Source: a virus. From it: a stretch of 64,000 nt of DNA. Below are positions 56,444-64,000 of this stretch, piece after piece. The stretch lies in the IMG/VR virus record IMGVR_UViG_3300023180_006024. One strand, given 5' to 3'. The notes under the pieces are model-generated. The model made no database searches, had not been told where the DNA came from, and saw only the letters and a program-made list of their open reading frames with translations. Both the position numbers and the translations under genes were made by a program. The stretch's first letter is position 1; every line of letters begins with the position of its first letter.

Positions 56444-57826
56444 ATGTCAGAAAACACAGACAAGTTAAAAAGTATTAATGCTATTACTACACGGCATTTT
56501 TCACCTACATTTTGTTTTGCAAAATGGTACCATACAACAATATATTTGCAAACAGGTGAAACACACAGTTGTTATCACCCTGCTCCGCATCAGATTGATG
56601 TTGACGAGCTCCTAACCAATCCTAGTGCGTTACATAATACAAAGCAAAAAAAGCAAGAACGCAGAGAGATGTTAGAAGGCAAACAATGCAATGGTTGTAA
56701 CTATTGCTGGAATATTGAAAACATGGGCGACGATTATATTAGTGATCGACATATACGTAGTGGTAGTATTTACAGCGAAGAAAGATTACAAGAAGTAAAG
56801 TTTAATCCTTGGGACTTTAATGTTAATCCTGAATACATTGAGATTTCGTTTGGTAACGAATGCAACTTCCGTTGTGGGTATTGTCACCCGAAAGCCAGCA
56901 GTAGATATTATAACGAAATACGACAGCACGGTCCGTATGATATGGTTAAAAATCACAGAAATGATATTGATTGGTTCCGTGTATACGAAGAAGATCGCAA
57001 CCCTTATTTACGTGCTTGGTGGAAATGGTGGCCCGAAGTTAGCAAGACACTGAACATTTTGCGTGTTACTGGCGGAGAGCCTACAATACAAAAAAGCACA
57101 TACAGGTTGTTTGATGAACTTGAAAAGGATCCAAAGCCGCATCTTGAACTTAATGTAAACAGTAACTTAGGCGGTAAAGAAAAACAACTTGAAAAGTTTA
57201 CCGATAATGTTAATAGTTTATTAAGCCAAAATAAAATCAAAGCATTTAAACTTTTTAGCAGTATTGATACTTGGGGCAATCGTGCAGAGTATATTCGTGA
57301 CGGATTAGATATTGAAGTTTTTGAACGTAACCTAGATTACTTTATGCGCAATACAACTGCACCGGTGACATTTATGATTACGTTTAGTCTTTTTAGTGTA
57401 ACAACATTTGAAACACTACTTGAAAAAATGTTAGAATGGCGCCGTAAATACAACGATGTTAACAGTGGTAGATGGCAAAGAATACATTTCGATACACCAT
57501 ATCTAAAAGAACCTTTGCAATATGATATAAATATTTTGCCCAAAGAACAATACTTACCTTACATGGAAAAGCATTTACAGTTTATCAAAGATAATGTGCA
57601 AGAAGGTAGTAAACATCATTTTAGTGAACTAGAGTATGAAAAGTTTCGCAGGGTAGTTGATTATATGAAAACTACTCAATACACACCTGATAGAGTTAGA
57701 GAAGGACGTAGAGACTTTTGGAACTTTTTTAAAGAACAAGATCGCAGACGTAATCTTGACTTTGAAGCTACCTTTCCTGAAATGAATGACTTTTTTGAGT
57801 TGTGTAAGGAAGCTAATGGATTTTGA
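56444..57826 (+). CDS. Radical SAM protein with an N-terminal Cys-rich (SPASM/twitch-like) region
   Basis: CNFRCGYC and TGGEP. N-terminal FCFAKW...SCYH...CNYC. Confidence 0.9.
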   Translation: MSENTDKLKSINAITTRHFSPTFCFAKWYHTTIYLQTGETHSCYHPAPHQIDVDELLTNPSALHNTKQKKQERREMLEGKQCNGCNYCWNIENMGDDYISDRHIRSGSIYSEERLQEVKFNPWDFNVNPEYIEISFGNECNFRCGYCHPKASSRYYNEIRQHGPYDMVKNHRNDIDWFRVYEEDRNPYLRAWWKWWPEVSKTLNILRVTGGEPTIQKSTYRLFDELEKDPKPHLELNVNSNLGGKEKQLEKFTDNVNSLLSQNKIKAFKLFSSIDTWGNRAEYIRDGLDIEVFERNLDYFMRNTTAPVTFMITFSLFSVTTFETLLEKMLEWRRKYNDVNSGRWQRIHFDTPYLKEPLQYDINILPKEQYLPYMEKHLQFIKDNVQEGSKHHFSELEYEKFRRVVDYMKTTQYTPDRVREGRRDFWNFFKEQDRRRNLDFEATFPEMNDFFELCKEANGF

Positions 57827-59045
57827 TAAAGAAAAGTTATTGAACAGTAAAACGTTTTGTATGTTTCCGTGGATACATATGAATGTTACGCCAAAAGGAG
57901 ATGTATATCCTTGTTGTAGCAGTGATTATACAGATCCGTTTGATAATGTAAAAAATAAACCTTTGTCTGAAATATTCAACGATGATTTGATGCGTGAACT
58001 GCGTTTGCGTATGCTCAATGATGAAAAAAGTAGTATTTGTGAATATTGTTACAAACATGAGAAAAGTTCACCTTTTAGTTTTAGAACTTATAGTTTGGAA
58101 AACTTTAGCAAATATTTTGACGAAGTTGTTCCTACTACACAAGAAGACGGAACTGTACCTGAGTTTAAAATGAGATACTTTGATGTCCGTTTCAGTAATA
58201 TTTGTAACTTTAAATGTAGAACATGTGGAGCAGAATTTAGCAGTCAGTGGGCACAAGAAATGAAACAGCACGATCATGTTCCGCCTAACTATAGGATTAT
58301 AAATCATGCAGATTCTAGTGGAAAACTTTTAGAAGAAATCAAGTCACAAGTTTGTCATATGGATATGGCATATTTTGCAGGTGGCGAACCCTTAATCACT
58401 GATGAACATTATCAAATATTAGAAGCCATGATCGAAGGTGGTTATAACAAACAAATCACATTACGTTACAACACAAACATGAGTAACTTTAAATATAAGA
58501 AATATGATGTTCTAGATTTATGGAGCCGATTTAAAAAAGTTGAAATCAGTGCCAGTTTAGATCATTACGGTAAACGTGCTGAATACTTGCGACATGGAAC
58601 AGACTGGGGAGTAGTTGAAGAAAATCTAAAAAGTATTAGAAACTTAGATTTTATTGATTATCAGTTTAACACTGTATTGAGCGTATTTAACTATAGAACA
58701 CTAGCAGATTTCTTTACATACCTAATGGAAAAAGATTTATTTAGACATAAAGATAGTATTAGTATATATAGGGCTATTACACCTAGTTATTTTTGTGCCC
58801 ATGCAATGCCAAAAAATCTTAAAGAAATCGGAAATAGCAATAATCAAAAGTTATATAACTTTATGCAAAACGATAACTGGTGGCCTGCTTTACACGTCAA
58901 AGATGCAGTAAGTTTTGCAAATGAGCAAGATACATGGGACGAACAAAAAGAACAGTTTCAACATCATATACAAAGACGTGACGAAATACGCAACGAAGAT
59001 TTTTGTAAAACCTTTCCAGAACTTGCGGAGATGATGGATGGATAA
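57816..59045 (+). CDS. Radical SAM protein with an N-terminal SPASM/twitch-like region
   Basis: CNFKCRTC and AGGEP. FCMFPW...PCC...CEYC. Start at ATG 57816 after AAGGA. Confidence 0.9.
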   Translation: MDFDKEKLLNSKTFCMFPWIHMNVTPKGDVYPCCSSDYTDPFDNVKNKPLSEIFNDDLMRELRLRMLNDEKSSICEYCYKHEKSSPFSFRTYSLENFSKYFDEVVPTTQEDGTVPEFKMRYFDVRFSNICNFKCRTCGAEFSSQWAQEMKQHDHVPPNYRIINHADSSGKLLEEIKSQVCHMDMAYFAGGEPLITDEHYQILEAMIEGGYNKQITLRYNTNMSNFKYKKYDVLDLWSRFKKVEISASLDHYGKRAEYLRHGTDWGVVEENLKSIRNLDFIDYQFNTVLSVFNYRTLADFFTYLMEKDLFRHKDSISIYRAITPSYFCAHAMPKNLKEIGNSNNQKLYNFMQNDNWWPALHVKDAVSFANEQDTWDEQKEQFQHHIQRRDEIRNEDFCKTFPELAEMMDG

Positions 59046-60321
59046 AGAACATTTATTAAAAGAAAACAAGGCATTTTGTATATTGCCATGGATTCATATG
59101 CATGCCTGGCCTGACGGAAGAGTTATGCCTTGTTGTATTGCTGACAGTGATCAACCATTTGCAAATCTTAAACAAAGTAGTATCGAAGAAGCCTGGAATA
59201 GTGACAGGTATAAAGAACTACGTCTTGCAATGCTTAATGGAGAACGTTTAGATTGTTGTAGACGTTGCTATGAGTTAGAAGATAGAACATATGTGTGGAC
59301 ATTACGGAAAAATCACAATCATTGGTATGGAGACAAGCATTTTGATCTTGTAAGACAAACCAACGATGATGGTAGTATTGATGAAATGCGTATGGTATAC
59401 CTTGATGTACGCTTTAGCAATATATGTAATATGAAATGTCGTAGTTGTGGACCAGAACTTAGTAGTTTACATGCTAAAGAACATGGCGAGTTATATGGTA
59501 AACATGAAGTTGCAAATATTCTTAATAACGACGGCGAGATTATTATTAATATTGCAAAACAAAATAACTTCTGGGAAGACTTGCAAAAATATTTGCCAGA
59601 CTGTGAAGAAGTATATTTTGCTGGAGGTGAAGCACTTATCACCGAAGAACATTACAAAATACTAGACAAGTGGCTTGAAACTAACAAAACAGATGTAGCT
59701 TTACGCTACACAACTAACTTTAGTAACTTCAAGTACAAACGTAAAAGTATACTTGAGTATTGGAAACAGTTTAGAGATATACATGTTAGTGCAAGTTTGG
59801 ATTGTAATGGTGCAAGAGCAGAATACAGTAGACACGGCACAGATTGGAATGTAATCGAACAGAACCGTTTACAGATGATGGAAGAAGTTCCTCATGTGCA
59901 TTTTGAGTTAACTCCTACCATAAGTTTATATAATGTTTGGAACTGGCCCGATTTCCATATGGATTGGGTTGAAAGAGGACTTGTTGATATTGAGAATTGT
60001 AGATTAAACATGCTTACTGGGCCTGACTTTATGCGTGTTGATTATATACCCGAACATTACAAACAAGAGTTACGTGCAAAATATATCGATTACAAAGCCT
60101 GGGCATTTGATAAAATCAAAGATAGAGCAGTTGCAAAACCTGAAATAATCAAAGATGTAATAGGCAAAATTGATAGTGTAATACAGTTTTTTAATGCAGG
60201 CACACTCAACGAAGATAAACTTAAACAGTTTTTTGAAAACAATCATCGTCTTGATCAATACAGAGGTGAAGATTTTTGGAGTACATTTCCTGAAATGGAG
60301 TGGTTAAGAAGTTATGTCTAA
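59038..60321 (+). CDS. Radical SAM protein with an N-terminal SPASM/twitch-like region
   Basis: CNMKCRSC and AGGEA. FCILPW...PCC...CRRC. Confidence 0.9.
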   Translation: MDKEHLLKENKAFCILPWIHMHAWPDGRVMPCCIADSDQPFANLKQSSIEEAWNSDRYKELRLAMLNGERLDCCRRCYELEDRTYVWTLRKNHNHWYGDKHFDLVRQTNDDGSIDEMRMVYLDVRFSNICNMKCRSCGPELSSLHAKEHGELYGKHEVANILNNDGEIIINIAKQNNFWEDLQKYLPDCEEVYFAGGEALITEEHYKILDKWLETNKTDVALRYTTNFSNFKYKRKSILEYWKQFRDIHVSASLDCNGARAEYSRHGTDWNVIEQNRLQMMEEVPHVHFELTPTISLYNVWNWPDFHMDWVERGLVDIENCRLNMLTGPDFMRVDYIPEHYKQELRAKYIDYKAWAFDKIKDRAVAKPEIIKDVIGKIDSVIQFFNAGTLNEDKLKQFFENNHRLDQYRGEDFWSTFPEMEWLRSYV

Positions 60322-61276
60322 GTTACTCAAAATCACTCCAATGGCAGAGCCTTACGCATGTATTACTTGGCAAGTCAACAACTTTTGTAACTTTCAATGT
60401 ACATATTGCAATCCTGGTAACTGGGCAGGCGATGTAAGAAACAATGGTAATCTAGATCAGTATATTGAAAATGTAACAAAAATATTTCAAACGTACAAAG
60501 ATAAAGGTTACAAATATTTTAAAATATTCTATAGTGGCGGCGAACCTACTCATTGGGAAAACTTTATTCCTCTTACAGAATATTTAAAAGACTGGTTAGG
60601 AGATACTCTAACAGTTAGTGTTAATACAAACTTATCTCGTCCTGTAAAATATTGGCAACAACATCATCATTTATTTGATGATATTATTGCAAGTTTTCAT
60701 ATTGAGTTCAGTAAAAAAGATAGATATATTGAAAATGCAAAGTTTTTGTGCGACAAAGTAAACTATTTGTGTACAAAAATGCTGATGCACGAAGAACGCT
60801 TTTGGGAGATTGTTGAGTTTGGAAATCGGGTAAGAGAAGAAGTACCAAACTATAACTTAGAATGGACACCTCTGTTTGATGAAATGAGTGTGAATGCAGG
60901 ACCTTGGGAGTACAGTGATCCTGAAAAAGTAAAGTTTTTAGAAGAAGCACAGTTTGAAACTGTTGAAAAACTTCCCAAGCCTTACAATCCAAACAAAGCT
61001 GTAAGCATGGCACATTATACTGATACTATTGAACCTATTAACAGTAACAAGATTATTGCTGCTAGACAAAACTTTTTTAAAGGATGGAAATGTTTTGTAG
61101 ATGATGCACTGTTTATTAATCCTAGAGGGGAAATCAGCAGTGCAAGTTGTGGTGTAGGACGAAATCATGGTAATATTTTACAAAAAAACTTGCAATTTAC
61201 TACAAGACCTGTTATATGTAGTAAAGAGCATTGTCATTGCGGAACTGATATTATTATACCAAAAGAACGATTATGA
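60314..61276 (+). CDS. Radical SAM protein with a C-terminal Cys cluster
   Basis: CNFQCTYC and SGGEP. C-terminal WKC...ASC...CSKEHCHC. Confidence 0.9.
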   Translation: MSKLLKITPMAEPYACITWQVNNFCNFQCTYCNPGNWAGDVRNNGNLDQYIENVTKIFQTYKDKGYKYFKIFYSGGEPTHWENFIPLTEYLKDWLGDTLTVSVNTNLSRPVKYWQQHHHLFDDIIASFHIEFSKKDRYIENAKFLCDKVNYLCTKMLMHEERFWEIVEFGNRVREEVPNYNLEWTPLFDEMSVNAGPWEYSDPEKVKFLEEAQFETVEKLPKPYNPNKAVSMAHYTDTIEPINSNKIIAARQNFFKGWKCFVDDALFINPRGEISSASCGVGRNHGNILQKNLQFTTRPVICSKEHCHCGTDIIIPKERL

Positions 61277-61923
61277 ATATAGAAGAATGGCAAATATTTT
61301 ATAAGTATCAAAACAGAGGAATGGTACGTCCTAACATTGTTTATGTTCCTCGCATTAGTCCAAATAAAAGCATATTTTGTATGCAATATCAATATGATCG
61401 CAGATACTTTTTTGATAGAGCAGGATATACCCAAGCGCATATCGATTTCTTTTTTGAAAATGAATGCAAATGGCTAGAGCATGTTCAAAAAGAAAAGTTT
61501 GCTCCAGAGATTATTGATATCGATAAAAAGAAACAACTGATATTTTTCAAATGGTATGATACAAGTTTAAATCATTTAATAGAAAAAGCCAAATGGAAGA
61601 ATGATTACACAAATAAAGTAAATGATGTTCTTGATGCATTAGAAAAACATAATATGATTAAAATGAACTTTTATCCTCATAATGCATATTTAGATGATAA
61701 TGATAATGTACGCATACATGATTTTTATGCATGTGCTAGTTTAAACTCTCCTTATATCCATATGGATAAAATTGAAGTTATTTTAGGTAATATCAACAAG
61801 TTTTATTATGAAAGACATACAACTGACGGATTAGTAAATCTCAAAGATATGTATATTGAAGTTATTAAAAATAATAGAGGAGAATGGCCAGTTTGTCTAA
61901 CTACAAATTTACAAACTTACTAA
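61273..61923 (+). CDS. Protein-kinase-like fold protein (degenerate catalytic loop)
   Basis: Motifs FENECKWL, APEIIDID, NFYPHN and RIHDF. Confidence 0.45.
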   Translation: MNIEEWQIFYKYQNRGMVRPNIVYVPRISPNKSIFCMQYQYDRRYFFDRAGYTQAHIDFFFENECKWLEHVQKEKFAPEIIDIDKKKQLIFFKWYDTSLNHLIEKAKWKNDYTNKVNDVLDALEKHNMIKMNFYPHNAYLDDNDNVRIHDFYACASLNSPYIHMDKIEVILGNINKFYYERHTTDGLVNLKDMYIEVIKNNRGEWPVCLTTNLQTY

Positions 61924-62642
61924 TAAACGGGTGTAGTCATTCTGCAGGTAGTGAAATATTTAGAAGTGGACTAGGAGATCACCCAGAAAACAGGAAAAGA
62001 TCTTTTGGAGCAAAGTTTGCTAATAGGCTAGGAGTATCCAAAGTTGATCTAAGTGTACCTGGTGCAAGCAACGATTATATTGCAAGAACAACTTTATTTT
62101 ATATATTAGATAATCCTAGACGTGCAAAAAATACACTGTTTCTTATACATTGGACAGGAGAACATAGAACAGAAATGTTTTATGATACACCTGATGACAG
62201 TGGAAATGATGTATATGATTATGTAGATTATACACCTGATAAGCAATCAGGTCATGTGCATCATGATCATAGTAGTAAGCTATTTCCAAGAAAGTTTAAC
62301 AATAATCAAAAAGTTCTACGTAAACATTTATTTTATAATTCTACGCATTGGTATGTGCAAAGATATTTGAATATTATACAAACACAGGCAAATATACAAA
62401 ATATCGGAGCTCAGTTTATTTTTGCAAATGCTTTCCAAGCCTGTAAAATAGGAGGCAGATATCAGTTTTATAGAAACAAAGTCGATAGGACTAGATTTAA
62501 AAACTTTGATAAGCCAGAAGAAAGTTTTTGGGAACATTGCAAGAGCCGCGGGTTTGATATTAGCGGACAAAAGTATTGGCACCATAAAGAAGATGCACAC
62601 CAATACTGGGCAGATAAACTATTCGATGATTATTTCACCTAG
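61884..62642 (+). CDS. SGNH/GDSL-like acyl-esterase or acyltransferase
   Basis: LLINGCSHSAG (block I), DLSVPGASN (block II) and a C-terminal HHKEDAHQYWA. Confidence 0.55.
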   Translation: MASLSNYKFTNLLINGCSHSAGSEIFRSGLGDHPENRKRSFGAKFANRLGVSKVDLSVPGASNDYIARTTLFYILDNPRRAKNTLFLIHWTGEHRTEMFYDTPDDSGNDVYDYVDYTPDKQSGHVHHDHSSKLFPRKFNNNQKVLRKHLFYNSTHWYVQRYLNIIQTQANIQNIGAQFIFANAFQACKIGGRYQFYRNKVDRTRFKNFDKPEESFWEHCKSRGFDISGQKYWHHKEDAHQYWADKLFDDYFT

Positions 62643-63950
62643 TTCCGCATTTATTCTGTTGTAAAAGTCTGGTATCAGTTTTATTTGATTATGATTGTGT
62701 ACTAGTATTTCTTCCATATCCTCATACATAAGCCTCATTTCTTCGATTGTAAATGAATCTATGTATTCAATTGTTTCGCATATCCTTGCAAGTCTATCTT
62801 TGTTGCTTATAATATCATCATAATCTTCTGGCCAATACTTGTCAAATGTTTTAAATCCCATATCTTTAAGCATTTGCAAAACACCTGGTGCCCCGCACAA
62901 TAAAAATGGTCTGTAACTTTTGATAGCATTGAGTGTTTTTTCACTTATGTTAGGCCATGGTTGTGTAACACGACTTTCTTGCACAATAGCACAAAAACTT
63001 TCAAAATATGTATCTGTAGGATCGTGCGTAGTTCTTGCGTTGCCGCCTGCGTCTTCTGGTTCTATACTATCATTTGGTCCTTTTTTTGTAGGGTTATTGA
63101 CAGCAAAACTTAGTGGAACTTTTTGTTGCAATATATCATTGCCTAGCAGTAATGTTTTAGATAGTGTTGGATGACGCAGTTCAAACTCTTTCCAAGAAAA
63201 CCACATTCTACGTTTCATGTCTTCATTTGTCATTCCAAAATAAAAACTAACATTGTTAGTATCTATCATATTTTTTCCTGCTAAAAACGCAGTGATAAAA
63301 TGTCTACTTGGATCATAACGCCATGCTCCGCTCCAAAACTTTTTTTGTATTTTTTCGGGAAAAAACTCAGGAGGCATTTCTTCTCTATTTTGGATAAAGT
63401 TTTTTCTGTCTCTAAGTTTTACATGACATGTCCACCATTCAACAAAAAGGTCCATAGACAATAGTTTTAGATTTGGATATTTTGGTTGATAATATTCCCA
63501 ACATTTATAATCTGTGCAATATACGTTTACATTTTCAAATCCATGACGCCCTGCCCATTCGTTTAAACTGTCGAGTTCGTATGCTCTAATATCTTTAAGT
63601 TCGTCGGGTGAGTTGTCTATTTTTAATATATGAGGTTGTTTGTATTTTTCAGGATTGTATTTGTAGTGTGTAAGAGGTTCATAAAAATAAAATCCTAAAG
63701 TTTTACTTGCTAATATTTTTCTATGTTGTTCGGTGATAATCAAACTATCTAAATAGTCAATAGTGTGTGTACCGTTGAATACAGCAATAGGATGACTACT
63801 GTCAGTTATATTTGATTCTCGTATTAAATCAACAAGTTGTTCTATTTTGCTGATATCTTGCATAGATCGTCTTTCGCCATTACTTCCAATAAGTTCGGGC
63901 AAAAGATTATTTTTTGGTCTAAAATATATTCCCATAAACCAGTTTGACAA
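62619..63950 (-). CDS. Putative glycosyltransferase-like protein (GT10-like C-terminal motif)
   Basis: FCAIVQES...ISEKT...RPFLLCG...GFKTF...YDDI. AAAGGA RBS before the TTG start and TATAAATA near 63983-63990. Confidence 0.5.
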   Translation of the reverse strand: MSNWFMGIYFRPKNNLLPELIGSNGERRSMQDISKIEQLVDLIRESNITDSSHPIAVFNGTHTIDYLDSLIITEQHRKILASKTLGFYFYEPLTHYKYNPEKYKQPHILKIDNSPDELKDIRAYELDSLNEWAGRHGFENVNVYCTDYKCWEYYQPKYPNLKLLSMDLFVEWWTCHVKLRDRKNFIQNREEMPPEFFPEKIQKKFWSGAWRYDPSRHFITAFLAGKNMIDTNNVSFYFGMTNEDMKRRMWFSWKEFELRHPTLSKTLLLGNDILQQKVPLSFAVNNPTKKGPNDSIEPEDAGGNARTTHDPTDTYFESFCAIVQESRVTQPWPNISEKTLNAIKSYRPFLLCGAPGVLQMLKDMGFKTFDKYWPEDYDDIISNKDRLARICETIEYIDSFTIEEMRLMYEDMEEILVHNHNQIKLIPDFYNRINAELGEIIIE

Positions 63951-64000
63951 GTTTTTGTATCCTTTAGCATTAAATATATTAGATATTTATAGGAACATTT

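Noticed and set aside
19093-63174. Many short ORFs nested in or antisense to long genes
   Set aside because: They lack RBSs or recognisable motifs and are expected by-products of codon bias.
1-64000. Stop-codon reassignment
   Set aside because: Genes tile densely in the standard code, and TAA, TAG and TGA all end genes at sensible boundaries.

Overview
This is a 64 kb, AT-rich, densely coding segment of a large T4-related (myovirus-type, probably jumbo) dsDNA phage in the standard genetic code. Left arm (minus strand): beta-helix tail protein, major capsid protein, two scaffold proteins, prohead protease, portal and a tape-measure-like gene. Next come a gp26-like chaperone with an apparent -1 frameshift, a GIY-YIG-type nuclease and the gp46/gp47/gp55 block. 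The plus strand then carries a baseplate and tail-fibre module that includes a 4591-aa protein. The window ends with an operon under a sigma70-type promoter encoding glycosyltransferase-like proteins, four radical SAM enzymes, a kinase-like and an SGNH-like protein. Two promoter classes are visible: TTGACN-17-TAnnnT and T4-late-like (TA)TAAATA. Signals the gene list does not explain: (1) two large structured non-coding regions, one a stand-alone transcription unit behind the capsid gene and one directly behind the GIY-YIG gene; (2) strong D-S-T/D-G-S-T enrichment in virion proteins next to the glycosylation/radical SAM operon, a candidate virion-modification system; (3) a slippery site plus hairpin at the end of the gp26-like gene; (4) RBS-sequestering hairpins over late promoters; (5) strong depletion of AATT in two sampled stretches. 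All assignments come from motif recognition by eye; no searches were run.
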